From NCBI RefSeq assembly GCF_035594765.1, contig NW_026943819.1:4576703-4640702 (forward strand): a stretch of 64,000 nucleotides of DNA. The letters run 5' to 3'. Numbering within the stretch: the stretch's first letter is position 1; each line of letters opens with the position of its first letter. Below, one piece after another: positions 12,301 to 36,600 of this stretch. Under the pieces are notes generated by a model. The model worked only from the letters and a program-made list of their open reading frames with translations. It had not been told where the DNA came from and ran no database searches. Position numbers and translations under genes: made by a program. The DNA comes from Anolis carolinensis. Taxonomy: Eukaryota.

Positions 12301-14443
12301 GTGGCCACTTCCCTCGGGGCCTCAACCGGCGGGAAGCCCACCACCATCCACCAGCTTCTGGCCAACGGAGGGCTGGCCAAACTGGCAAGCAGCCTCCCCG
12401 GGTTGGCTCACATCTCAGGCCAGGGCTCAGGTCAGCCTATTTTGAAGTGGATAAAGTTTTCAGACCAAGTGGCTCACCCACTTGTATTTTATGGCTGCTA
12501 TGATACATCGTAAATGGACACCCATGTTAGCCATTTTAATGTACAGTAGAGTCTGTGGCAGTTTGCAAACAAGACTGGTATCCCCTTGTGTCTGCTTGTG
12601 TCTGATCCTTCGATGCAATTGCCCCAAAATGGGTAGGCAGTGACTCTCCCTTTCTCCCCCCCTTCTCTGCCAGGCTTCAAAGCACCCACCACCATCACGG
12701 TGACCCTTCGGGGCCAGGCCAGCCGCCTCTCCACCCTCAGCCAGGCGGCCATCGGAGCAGCACAGACTCTGTCGGAAGAGCCGACCCCACAGCCGCTCCT
12801 GCTTCCCGCTGCGCAGGTAATACTGGATGCTGGGTTTTCAGGTTATTTATTTATTTATCATGTCAGAAACGAACCGAGGGTACAGTTGTAATTTATTGAA
12901 AATACAAACCAAGTTAAAAGCTTGGCATTATACTAAATGTCTTTTGACCAATAGCTGGCCACTTGGAGTGCCTCTGGTGTTGCTATAAGAAGGTCCTCCA
13001 TGGTGCATGTGGCAGGGCCCAGACTGCATTGTACTGGGTGGTCTGTGGTTTGCTCTTCTCCACACTCGCCTGTCGTGGTGCCAGAGCGCCTTCCAAGTCG
13101 CCCAGTCTTCTTTGTGCCTAGGAGGAAGGCTTAGTTTGATGCCTTTCAAGCCAATAGCTTCTGTTTCCCCAGGCATTTCAGGAGGCAGCCTCAGTTGTCT
13201 GACAAGTTTGTTAGTGTTAGTACCTTTTCTGCGTGTATTTTTAAGCAGAGTCATATAGAAGTGTGTTCAGTCATTGTCCTCAGGCCACTTTCAGGAGCTC
13301 CACACCTCTCTTTTGCCCTTCAGTCAGATCCATGCTATGCTTTTGAGAATCTCCTGGTCAGAATTTATAGTGTCCACCTGCTTTCCCGTTGGTTTCAGGT
13401 TGCCGATAGTTTACCTGGGAACTTGATAAGCCCTGTGTCTGGCTCTGCTGCTGCTCCTGGCAAACTCTTGTGCCAGATGGACCTTTGCAAGGCCCCTTCT
13501 GCTCCAGAGACCTCTTCTGCAGACGCTGTCCCTCAGGCCACCTTGCAAGCCACAGGTGAGAAGCTCTGGGTCCCTGCATTTTGGGTTTCCAAGAGACTAG
13601 AAGTCAGATGTTTATAACTTGAGGACTCCCTGTATATATAGTTGAAACTGTGCTGATGGAGCTACAATGGAATGGGTTTTTAATATATTTTTACTTTTGG
13701 TGTGTTTTAACAATGGTATGCTTTTAATTGTTGATATTTTGATTGTTAAGTTAGTTAGGTTATGTTGTTGAATATGTCTATTTCGATGCATTGTCTGTAC
13801 AGTTTTCTTTCTGGCAATTGAATGTTTGCCTTATATGTTGGAAAGCGCCTTGAATCCCTATGGGGGCAGGGAATATCTAGGCCCCACCTGAGACCTCTTC
13901 CCTTGTCCCCGTCTTCCTTTAGTGACCACTTCAAGCCCCATGAAGACCCTCTATGTGATGTCAGACGCCAAGCTCTCTGCGCTGACCAAGTCAGTCATGG
14001 CCGAAGCGGCTTCCGGCCCCCTGAAATCCGCAGCTCTTCAGACCGCCTCCTCTTCTTCCTCTTCCGTGTCCTTTGCTCCCTCGATAACAACCAGTGTGTC
14101 TGGCAACCTGGGCCCCGTCCTGCAGGCTACTTCCAAGACGGTGTTCCTGACCTCTGCGCTGGCAGCCATGAAGGGGGGGAGGGGGGAGAAGACTGCGTCA
14201 GCCAAAGATCACCACCCCCATCCCCATGCGCTGGGGTCAGCAGAAGCCCTGGGCAGGGTGCCCTCTGTGATGGACGACGGCACCAGCACCATCCTGCACA
14301 CCAGGGAGGGCCTCACCAGTAGACACTTGCTCCCGCAGGGCATGCTCCCTGCTGCCGGGACCACCCTCATCACGCTGGGCAGCAGCCTGGGCAGCCCCTC
14401 CATCATCGCCACCGCTGGGCCGGCCCTTGGCCACAAGCCATAG
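322..14443 (+). CDS. KANSL3: KAT8 regulatory NSL complex subunit 3 (5'-partial, spliced)
   Basis: In-phase GT-AG exons: 322-507, 610-741, 954-1070, 1472-1573, 1684-1755, 1860-1934, 3394-3551, 4657-4720, 5052-5255, 5607-5763, (6827-6868 candidate), 7045-7260, 8468-8552, 10659-10816, 11852-11982, 12214-12430, 12674-12816, 13399-13555, 13923-14443 (TAG). Peptides [53 protein letters not shown] and [21 protein letters not shown] match vertebrate KANSL3. Upstream exons lie outside the window. Confidence 0.95.
1984..2325 (+). mobile_element. 5'-truncated L1-like LINE 3' end
   Basis: A-rich body, AATAAA plus A-tail, 16-bp TSD ataaatttgaaattct on both sides. Confidence 0.6.
3062..3272 (-). mobile_element. 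R4/Dong LINE 3' end at a (TAA)n microsatellite
   Basis: Encodes ...QLQKATLLG...IIRKY; same sequence as 62737-63078. Confidence 0.75.
3814..4121. mobile_element. Abundant ~320-bp Tc1/mariner-type MITE
   Basis: TIR CAGTAGAGTCTCACTTATCCAA with TA TSD. Copies at ~6870-7017, 28606-28867, 30139-30469, 32490-32782, 32880-33011, 37366-37690, 39244-39565, 45772-46093 and 55057-55379. Confidence 0.85.
4200..4480 (+). mobile_element. L2-like LINE 3' end (AT-rich UTR plus stem-loop tail)
   Basis: Tail tgtaagccgc.ctgagtcccc..ggggtgagaag.gcgggatataaat recurs more than 12 times (e.g. 14941, 18651, 19447, 20580, 23010, 25340, 39746, 51630). Confidence 0.7.
5268..5492 (+). mobile_element. tRNA-derived SINE with L2-type 3' tail
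   Basis: Head with GAGTTCGAGGC B box; tail ctctgagtccccttcggggtga..gggcgggatataaat(aaat)n. Copies at ~21276-21457(+) and 24196-24420(-). Confidence 0.7.
6464..6795 (+). mobile_element. Sauria SINE
   Basis: tRNA-like head (TGGCACAGTG...GGTTCAAATCC), conserved body and ACCTTT tail. Copies at ~20916-21230(+), 26346-26672(+), 31661-31992(+), 39848-40282(-), 42137-42467(-), 46797-46995(+), 51852-52183(-) and 53826-53990(-). Confidence 0.9.
9122..9390 (+). mobile_element. Anolis-type tRNA SINE2 (Vingi-like tail)
   Basis: B box GGTTCGAATCC, poly(A) tail, TSD atccat(a/g)ccct. Family copies at ~15116-15375(+), 18979-19238(-), 41530-41770(+) and 47472-47728(-, TSD actttcaaagt). Confidence 0.85.
9398..9812. 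mobile_element. Non-autonomous Tc1/mariner-pogo MITE
   Basis: TIRs ccctgtttccc..aaaata / tatttt..gggaaacaggg flanked by TA; second copy at ~57225-57643. Confidence 0.75.
11066..11690 (+). mobile_element. Probable solo LTR
   Basis: TGTAA...TTACCA ends with an internal AATAAA near the 3' end; no clear TSD. Confidence 0.4.
12846..13130 (-). mobile_element. Vingi/Ingi-like LINE 3' end
   Basis: Reverse strand encodes [14 protein letters not shown]...[24 protein letters not shown] and ends in (AAAT)n. Confidence 0.65.
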
Positions 14444-14609
14444 CAGCAACAGCACACATCCTCCCCGACCCACTCCCCCAATATGAAGGCGTCCAAGTCA
14501 TTTCCTTTGCTGTGGAAGGGAGGCCAGGCTCCAGGGCAAAGAATGGCGCCCTCACTCCTGCCCCCCTCCCCACATGATGGATGTATCGACTGTTTCGTTT
14601 GTCCCATTT

Positions 14610-14615
14610 AATAAA
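14610..14615 (+). terminator. Candidate KANSL3 polyadenylation signal
   Basis: AATAAA ~165 nt after the stop, followed by GT/T-rich sequence (tttgtttgtgtatg). Confidence 0.55.
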
Positions 14616-16398
14616 CCCATCATTTGTTTGTGTATGCCAGGTCTCTTTTAATCATTGCCATAAAAGAGAGAGAAAGGAAAAGGAGCCTGCAGGCATTTGG
14701 GTGCAATCTGCAAGACTTCTCAAAGGCAGAAAACGAAATCTTTGGCTCCTAATGCAAAGGAGAAAAATGCTGCCCCAAGTCAAAAATCACAGACAATAGT
14801 TCTTAGCAATTTTGCAGGTCCACCACATGTGGAAGAAAGTTCCTTCATGTTCCTCGCATTCCCAGCATTTGTCTTTGGTATTTGGATAACATTTCACTAA
14901 CTTCTGCAAAGTGATATACCATTAAGCTGCCCTGACCACTTGTAAGCCGCCCTGAGTCCCCTTGGGTGAGAAGGGCGGGGTATAAATAACTGAAATAAAT
15001 AAATAAACATAAATTGGTACGTCATTTTGTACCAATTTTCTTTTAAATCATAAGTAAATTTTGGTTTTTGATTCCATATATTTTTCAGTTCTTTCATTTT
15101 TATTACATGTCCAATGGAGCCTCTGGTGGCCTAGGGGACAAAAGCCTTCAAGGTTGGGTTGCTGACCTGAAAGCTGCCAGGTTCGAATCCCACCTGGGGA
15201 GAGCACGGATGAGCTCCCTCTATCAGCTCCAGCTCCATGCGGGGACATGAGAGAAGCCTCCCACAAGGATGGTAAAAACATCAAAAACATCCGGGCGGCC
15301 CCTGGGCAACGTCCTTGCAGACGGCCAATTCTCACTCCAGAAGTGATTCAGGTTGCTCCTGACACGAAAACAAAAACATGTCCAATATTTGTGGCCCATT
15401 TGATCATTCTTTTACTAGTTCTGCTTCAGTCGACCAAGAGCATGCTATTTAGCGATGGGGTAAATCATGATTTGGTGTGTATCATAAAAGCAGAGGCAAT
15501 GCGTTGCCTTGCTGACAATCCCCAGCTTGCATATTCTGCCATGGAAATAACATGCTTTTATGATGCAAAATCCAAATTCCTCTCTCCCATTGACTTGGGA
15601 CAAAAACACATCAGTATATGAAAAAAGAAATAGTGGAGGAAACAGAATAACATTTATTTTAGTATTAGCTTTCATGGATTGCAGGGAAACAAACAGTCCT
15701 CAGAGGCTTTGGCGGCAATGAACATTTTATTCTGTTTAAGAAAACAGATACATTATACAGTGATGGTTACAGCAGACAAAAACCACATGTATTTAGACCG
15801 AATCCTTTGTTGCCATCTTTTGCTAGACTTTACTTGCAACTTGGTATGTTTTGAGGGAAGGAACGAACGTCCCAAACAAAAGCTTGGAGACCGACAGTGG
15901 GTTGAAATTAACTTGCCACAAAATAGTTTTCATTCCCAGAAATGCCATTTCTGTAATCACTACAACTTTCCCCGTCCTTCAGTGTATCCTTAAAAGTTTT
16001 GTACCAATTGGCCATATAGAACAAAAATAATAATTTACCCCTCTGATGAGACACATTTCTTCACACAATCCATGCCATCTGGAAAATATACAATATCATC
16101 ATTCTGAACCAGCACAGACTGACAAAGAATCAACACAGATACAACTGAGCCCCTCCAAGCCTTCAAATGAATAAATATTTCCGGAATGTAGCACAGGACG
16201 CCATTTAGAAGTTCTTAAGGAGGAGAGTCTCTCCAAGGTGATCCTTTTCTTGATAAGAGCTTGCTGTAGACATCATGGTTTCACAGAGAAATGCAGGCTG
16301 CTCTGATTGATGGCAAGGGAAGCTGGGTTAAATTAGATACTCTCGATAGCCCCTTTATCTGCTGTTTATGGCCCAGTTGAGAATGAATCTCAAGCCTG

Positions 16399-19300
16399 TC
16401 ACCACTCTCCAACGCGATCTCTGGGAATAAGCCGCAATTCTGAACCATGCTTCAAGAAAACATTTCCTAATGCGGGGAGAAATTAAAGCTAATTATTTGA
16501 GAAGCAACACATAATATGGTTGTACTTAGCTTTTAAGGTAAATAATAAATGGCTGTTTGGAAACCCCTTGTAGTTTGAAAGCCTCTATAGAAAATATGCA
16601 AAACCATCACTATATTTAGGCACTTGAGTTCAGCTCTCTGTCAAAGCCTCCTTAGTGAAAGTTATAATGGCAATACAGTAGAGGCCAGAAACTTCATGGA
16701 CTTTTGAGAGACAGAGGCAGACTCTGCAAGAAGATGTGGGTCATGCTGCCTTTCCCTGGGACTTAGTCTCCATTATATTCAATGAAATGCAAAGAGAAAA
16801 CTGACAAAAGTACTACTCACCAGCTGTCTGTGCAGGATTTATTCCTATTCCATCTAGAGGGGAAACCAAGAGTAAATACCATATATACTCGAGTATAAGC
16901 CGACCCGAATATAAGCCGAGGCACCTAATTTTACCACAAAAAAACTGGGAAAACATTGACTCCAGTATAAGCCGAGGATGGTAAATTTCAGAAATAAAAA
17001 TAGATACCAATAAAATTACATTAATTGAGGCATCAGTAGGTTAAATGTTTTGGAATATTTACATAAAGCTCAAATTTAAGATAAGACTGTCCAACTCTGA
17101 TTAAATCATTATTCTCATTCTCTTCAATGTAAATGTGCTTATGTATCCTTTTAATAATAAGAGTAAAATAATATATGTAATAATAATAATAAATACAGGA
17201 AAATAATACAAGTAATAATAAATAGAGTAAAATAATAAATGCAATAATAAAATCAGAGTGAAATGATAAATGTATTAATAACAATATAGAGCAAAATAAA
17301 TGTAATAGTAGCAACAATAATAGAGAAAAATAACAAATGTAATAATAACAATAATAATAGAGAAAAATAATATATGTACCATATATTCTCGAGTATAAGC
17401 TGACCCAAATATAAGCCAACCAGGACCCTCTCCCGAGTATAAGCCAAGAGGGGCTTTTTCAGTCTTAAAAAAAGGGCTGAGTATATACAGTAAATATATA
17501 TACAGTATATACAGTAAATACTCGAGTATATACAGTAAATACAGGCATGCATGGAAAATTCATCATTGTATTGATCCCATGCAAACAGAACAGAACAACG
17601 CACTAGGACACGGTGATCCTCGCTCAGGTCTGACTATGGCAAGGACAAGAAGAGATGCTTAATGGTTTCAGTCAAAGACTGTCAATGCTCTTTACTCCTG
17701 GCAGAAACTAAAGAAGCTGCTCTGAAATCCCAGCAGCTTCACACTAAAGCTGTGGTTCCTAACATTTGGTCATCCAGATGTTTAGGACTTCAGCTCCCAT
17801 GATTCCCAACAGCTGGTAAAATGGCTGGGATTTCTGGGAGTTGAAGTCCAAAACACCCGAAGGACCAAAAGTTGGGAACCACTGTGCTAAAGTGAAAAAC
17901 AGTTATTTACTGAAAGCACTGTTTTTTTGGTCTGAAAGGTTCCCAGAGGTTCCAAGAAGCCAAAGTGGACATCTGGACGCCTTCGGTGGAGCTTCACTCA
18001 GACAATACCTGGCAATACTGACCACTAACACTGTGGCCTGGCATTAAAACACTCACCATTTGTTATGATGGCACTTGTTGCTGCCGGGACTTTGAACTAA
18101 ACAGAACAGAAACATAATGTATTAAATGAGATTGGGATGTTATCATCACTTGTCATGCAACTATGACCTCCCCGGTACTGATATATACCACATAGCCAAA
18201 GCGGGGACAGGATGCTGGAAGGGAACATGAACTGGCCATAAAGATCAATTGCCCTGATGTGTGGGAATGGGGACTCTGGTATGTAGAAAAGATTTCATCA
18301 GAGGATTTCAGTGTTTTACGACACCATATATATGGGCTTAGAACATAGCTCATATATTCTGAACAATAAAGATGTATAGCATCTTCAACTCCTGTGCTTC
18401 TTGGAGTATTCTTTAGTCTTTAATAAAAGAGTGACTTACTTCTTCCGCAGCAAATTTCAAGACAGCCGTGAACGGTGTGATTTCAGGCACGCTTAGTCTA
18501 CAGAAAACCGGAAATAACATGACCGTGAGACCAGAACGCAAATAATATTACTGGTAATGTTGCAGTATATTGGTGTAGTGCAGTATAGTGATGTATAATG
18601 CATGTATTGTGCTATGTTAATAATATAATATATTGTATGTACATATAACTTGTAAGCCGCCCTGAGTCCCCTTCGGGGTGAGAACGGCGGGCTATAAATG
18701 TCGCAAATAAATAAATGAAGTACAACAATTAAAACATATTGCAATGAACAAAAACACAGTAAAACCGACATTATGTGAAACAATACATTAAGCAAAAAAA
18801 AATACATTAAACCATAAAAACTCATTTAAAATATATAATGAGTGAAAATAAAACAAGATGGACCACCAGGTTGGTGGAGGGAGATATATAAGTGGGGTTG
18901 ATATATCTGTGGAATAATGTCCTGGGTGGGAGAAAGAACTCTTGTTTGTTATATATTGTATATACATATAATATTGATTTTTTTTCGTGTCAGGAGCAAC
19001 CGGAGTTGCTTCTGGAGTGAGAGAATTGGCCCTCTGCAAGGACGTTGCCCAGGGGACGCCCGGATGTTTTGATGTTTTTACCATCCTTGTGGGAGGCTTC
19101 TCTCATGTCCCCGCATGGAGCTGGAGCTGATAGAGGGAGCTCATCCACACTCTCCCCAGGTGGGATTCGAACCTGGCAGCTTTTCAGGTCAGCAACCCAA
19201 CCTTCAAGTCACTTAGTCCACTACGCCATCTGGGGGCTCTTATATTGATAATATAATATATTGATAATAATATTATAATGGAATACAATATTATACTACT

Positions 19301-19980
19301 AATAATACAATATAATAATATTAATTATATATTATATATTAAATGTAATATTACTAATAATACTACCATATAATGATATAGTACAATATAGTAATTTAAT
19401 GCTTCTATTGTGCTATGCTAATAATATATTGTATGTTCATTTGATTTGTAAGCCGCTCTTGAGTCCCCTTCGGGGTGAGAACAGCAGGATATAAATGTAA
19501 TGAATAATAAATAAATAAATAAAATAAGTGTGAATGTTGCAACTGGCCACCTTGATTAGCATTGAGTAGCCTTGTAGTTTCACAACCTCTGAGGATGCCT
19601 GCCACAGATGTGGGCGAAACGTCAGGAGAGAATGCTTCTGGAACATGGCCACACAGCCCGAAAGACTCACGGCCATGAAAGCCTTCGACAATACATTCAA
19701 TTAAAGTGCATTAATGTTATAAGGGCCGGAAGTGACGACACAGCTCTGACTCTTCTCCCCCAAGAGCAACGTGTCCAGCAACACCCGCGCATGCGCAGTG
19801 CTTCCGTCAGGCTCCCCCCCCCCCTCAGGGAAAACTCACACTTTGTAAGGCAGCCGCGGGTCGGAGGTGAGCGTGACTTTAAACGTGACTTTCGACCTGC
19901 GGGAAAGGGGGGGAGGAAAGCCGTCAGCGTGGCAAAGAAAGGTCCCGCGAAACCGACCGAAAGGCCGCCCGGACTCACAT
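16399..19980 (-). CDS. UFM1: Ubiquitin-fold modifier 1 (complete, 6 coding exons, 85 aa)
   Basis: Exons (-): 19980-19979 (AT), 19896-19840, 18497-18440, 18096-18057, 16853-16821, 16466-16399 = 258 nt, all GT-AG. Spliced product: [85 protein letters not shown]. Minus-strand AATAAA signals at ~15726 and ~15653. Confidence 0.96.
16879..17530. mobile_element. Mariner/pogo-type non-autonomous DNA transposon with AT-rich interior
   Basis: End ccatatatactcgagtataagccga repeated internally; degenerate right end. Confidence 0.6.
19586..19626 (+). ncRNA. Minimal type I hammerhead ribozyme in a Penelope pseudo-LTR
   Basis: cct-CTGAGGA-tgcctgccacagatgtgggc-GAAAC-GTC-agg: full catalytic core, helix II, CCT/AGG helix I and palindromic ACGT helix III. 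Confidence 0.75.
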
Positions 19981-20181
19981 TTCGGTCGTCTCCGGCTGCG
20001 GCAGGACCCACTTCCGGCTCCGCGTGGTACGTCACTTCCGGGGCTGTGTTGTTTCTCCGGCTCTACGAGACCCGTAAGGGGGCGTGGCCATGGCCGGAAG
20101 TGGGTGAGGCAAAGCCAGAAAGTGGGTGTGGCCAAGGCCGGAAGTGGGCCTTAGCAGAGAACCGGAGGGCTCCCCGTCGCC

Positions 20182-32134
<11,953 letters not shown>

Positions 32135-32325
32135 TCCCTCCTCTTCCTCTCCAGCAAAGCATGGGCTTCCCAGCCAGAACTGTAACATTGGTGCTATTTT
32201 GGGGGGTGGGAGCAAGGGGTCTCCCTGTGTGCAAAGAGGGTGTGTGTGTGTGTGTGCTGTAGCACGTCTCTCTGTGAGCATCTGAGCCCTTCAACTTTGG
32301 ATGAGGCTTACCCTTGTTTAAATAT

Positions 32326-32331
32326 AATAAA
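32326..32331 (+). terminator. Candidate POLB polyadenylation signal
   Basis: AATAAA ~190 nt downstream of the stop. Confidence 0.5.
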
Positions 32332-33636
32332 TTGGTGGCAAAGAGGAGCCTCAGAACTTTTGGAAGTCTCTTCTGTTTCCCTTTCCTCCGACGAAGGCCT
32401 TGTTTATATGGGGAGGGAGGTCCAAATCCAGACTTTAAATCCTAGAGTTAGAAGGGACACCAAGGGCCATCCAGTCCAATCCCATGTACAGTAGAGTCTC
32501 GCTTATCCAACGTAAACGGGCCGGCAGAACGTTGGATAAGCGAATGTTGGATAATAAGGAGAGATTAAGGAAAAGCCTATTAAACATCAAAATAGGTTAT
32601 GATTTTACAAATTAAGCACCAAAACATCATGTTGACAGAAAAAGTAGTTCAATACGCAGTAATGTTATGTTGTAATTACTGTATTTACGAATTTAGCCCC
32701 AAAATATCATGATATATTGAAAACATTGACTACAAAAAATGGCATGGATAATCCAGAGGCTTTGATAAGTTAGACTCTACTGTATTTGTGGAATAATGTC
32801 CAAGGTGGAAGAAAGCACCCTTGTCTGTTTGAAGCAAGTGTGAATGTTGCAGTTAGCAAGCTTAAATAGCATTGGATAGCTATGTAGGAAATACTATATT
32901 TACGAATTTGGCACCAAAATATCACGATGTATTGAAGACATTTACTACAAAAATGCATTGGATAATCCAAAACGTTGGATAAGCGAGTGTTGGATAAGTG
33001 AGACTCTACTGTATGTATACACTCGCTTGGGTACCTGGCGTTGCCCGGGTTATGAGAAGAAGTCATTTTTTAATTTTACAAAATACATATGGTTGTGGGT
33101 GAACTACAACTCACATCATGCCAGGTGAACCCCCTGAAACCCCACCAGTGATTAAAGTTTGTCATGTTGGGGAAAGAAATCCCCAAGGATCCAGTCCCAA
33201 CTCCCTTTCATGCAGGAAAATACAATCAAAGCCCTCCTGACAGAGGGCCATCTGGCCTCTTCAAGCGCAAAAGTCCCACAGGTGCAGAGACTTGAAGCAC
33301 CGGATGGGGATTTTCAAAGTATCCAAAGTAATTCCCTTTCCGTTTCACCTACCCGCCTTTTTTTAAAATTGCAAATCCCATTCTTCTAGCAGTTATGGGA
33401 ATAAGTTCCAAATGCAGCCAATCAAAAAAAAAAAAAAAGATGAGCTAAGGAATAAACAAAACAGTGTTAAAGGCCCCCTTTTTCATCAGGAGTTTTCCTG
33501 GCCAGGTATACTTAGGGACAACAAACTGGCAGCAGGGTTTTTGGCAGAATCTCTGTCTCAATGTGCCCCATTTGCTAGAAACAGATCTGCAGTGTACAAC
33601 TCTGTGGATCTTCACAATCTCAGGTGTTAATCCGCT

Positions 33637-36600
33637 TCACCAAGCAGACCGGGGCTTGTCGGCTCTCCTCTGGCAGACGCGCAGCCGGGACGGCTTGGGT
33701 GCCGCTCCAAGCAGCAAGCGGCAGGACAGGCCCGGGCCACAGTTACAGCGCTGGAAGATTTCGGGTCCCTGGGCGCCTTCCTTCTGTCCCCGTTTGGAGC
33801 AGACCTGGCCCTCGCTGAGCACCGGCTTGCAGACCTTGGTCCAGAAATGGCGGGCGCAGCACTGGCCCCCGGCACAGTCCGAGGAGCGGAGGCAGCTCTT
33901 GCCCTCCGGGGCTGCAGGGAAGGAAGGAAGGAAGGAAGGAAGAAAGGACGCAGAGGAGAGTCTGTACCAAAAAGTATAACTCAGGCTATAGAGTCCCTGA
34001 CTTGGAAAGGAGCCCAAGGTCCAGCTGTCCAACCCCCTTCTCCCAGGCATGAAGACATCGGGTTGTTGTATGTCTTTCGGGCTGTGTGGCCATGTTTCAG
34101 AAGTAATCTCTCCTGACGTTTCACCTACATCTATGGCAGGCACGAGTCAAAGAACATGAAAGGCACTGCAGACTCACTCAACCAGAGAAATCAGCCATAG
34201 CAGAGCACTTGATGAACCAACCTGGACACAGGATATTATTTGAGAACACAGAAATACTTGACCACTCCAACAACTATCATGACAGACTACACAGAGAAGC
34301 CGTTGAAATCCCCAAGCATGTGGACAACTTCAACAGAAAGGAGGAAACCATGAAAATGAACAAAATCTGGCTACCAGTATTAAAAAACTCAAAAATCAGA
34401 ACAGTAGATGGGAAGCAACACTCTGAGGGCAAGGGAGCCCCAAGGACGGCTAATGACTGAACAAAGGATGTCTTCCAGGCAAGAGACAAACCTTTCCAAT
34501 GCTAATTAGGGTGATTAATTGCAACATTAACACTGACTTCCAACTGACAAAGGACTCTTGTCACACCCTGGACTCTCCATAGATATATATTTACTTTCCT
34601 TGCCTAGTTTATCCATGCCTCACAACCTCTGAGGATTCCTGCCATAGATGTGGGCGAAACATCAGGCGAGAATACTTCTGGAACATGGCCACACAGCCCG
34701 AAAGACACAACAACCCTGTGATCCCAGCCATGAAAGCCTTCGACAACACATGAAGACATTATTTGATCCCTCCCAACGATAGCCATCAAAGCTCAAAAAT
34801 ACATATCATAGAAGCTTAGAAATGGAATGGACCCCAAGGGCCATCCGGTCCAAGCCCCTTCTCCCAGGCAGAGTGAAATCTAGAAGCAATGCTTGCTGCC
34901 CCATTGACCTGGGACCCCATCCCCCCCCCCTACCCAAGACACTCAGTCTCTTTCCCAAAACTTAACCTGGGCTGCCAACAGCCCCCTCCCCCTTACCTTC
35001 TCCAGGTGGGCTTTGGGTGTCCCCTTCCTTCAAAGCAGGGCCTGCCGTTGAAAGTGGGTCCGGTCTCAATGGCTCCGTCGACTTCTTTTGACCACCAGCC
35101 ACTGCCATCCGGTCACTCGCAGTGCACACATCTGGCAGAAGAATTATTAACAACATCTGCCTGAAGCCACTGCAAAAACGTATCTAATGGTTTGCTCTAA
35201 TGTGTTCATTCTGTCAGTGACTAAATGCTTAATTGACCTCATCAGTCTCAATGGAAACGGGTAAAATTATGTCCGCATTCTTTGGGTATAAAGCTGTTGC
35301 GGGAATGTGTTCATATGTATATCAGGCATGGTCAAACTTGGGCCCTCCAGGTGTTTTGGATTTGGATTTGTGGGAGTTGAGGTCCAAAATACCTGGAGGG
35401 CCCAAGTTTGACCATGCCTGATATATAGGATCTTGATTTCAATGCCAGACTCTGGAAGACGGGTTCAGATCCCTTTTGCGAAATCATGCTAAAAGAAAGG
35501 CGGGAGCTGTAGGAAGTCACATAATGTAACACCAGACCAAGCATGGTTTGCTAAGTATTTTAAGATCATAAGGAGAGAAAAAGCAGGGTGGTAACAACAA
35601 CAACAACAACAACAACAACAAAACTTTGCAATAATAAAGTTGATGTTAGCAATCCTTCATGCAAACACATGCATACTCTAGGTTAGCGGTTCTCAACCTG
35701 TGAGCCGTGGGCCAGCAGTGAGCAGCAAGAACGAAAATCCGGTCCACGAACCTTCTTCCTCTTTATTTTTATTCATTTTATTTCCGCTCCTTTCCGCAGA
35801 GCTGGCTATTGCATTGGATAGGCCACATCATCTCTAGATGATGAAATACGGTTTTCTGTGGGCAACTACTGGGTGGCATATGTTCTGTATCAGAAAATAG
35901 AGCTGATGTAGTCTATCCAATACAATTTTCTGAATCGGCACCCCAAGTAACCAAACCGAATTTAAAGTGACCAAAAACTGATTCGTAATCCTTTTGGTAT
36001 AAGTAGAGTTCTGCTTATCTGACATAAATGGGGGACCGAATGTCGGATAACCAAAACTGTTGGATAATAGGGAGGCCCTATTATCCCTCCCAGAAAGCCG
36101 GGCGCTTGCCTGGAAGGAAAAGTCTCCTCCCTCCCGGCAAGCACCCGGCTTGAAGAGCCCCGCTGTTGCCTAGAACAACGGCTGTTTTTCTAGGCAGCAA
36201 AGCTCAATGAGCCTCTCCAAGTGCCGAGCACCAGTCAGGAGGGGTGGGACGCCGGCACGTCGGATAATACGGTGTGTCGGATAAGCGGAAGTTGGGTAAC
36301 CGGATCTCTACTGTACTAATGTTGGAGAATGGGCCCTGGTCAAAAAAAGGTTGGGAACTACTGCTCTGTTCATATTACACAATGTGGTTTTGTTTTCAAA
36401 GCAGAGGTTGTCCTATGGTGTATTTGGACTGCGGAATGAATGCAGTTTGACGGCTTTAACTGACATGGCTGAGTGCTACAGAATCCCAGGAGTTATCATT
36501 TCACAAATCCTTTCTCTGCCAAGCGCCTCCTCAAACTGCAACTCCCAGGAGTCCATAGCTGTGACTCAAGTGGCGCCAAACTGTGTTTGTTCTGCTGTCT

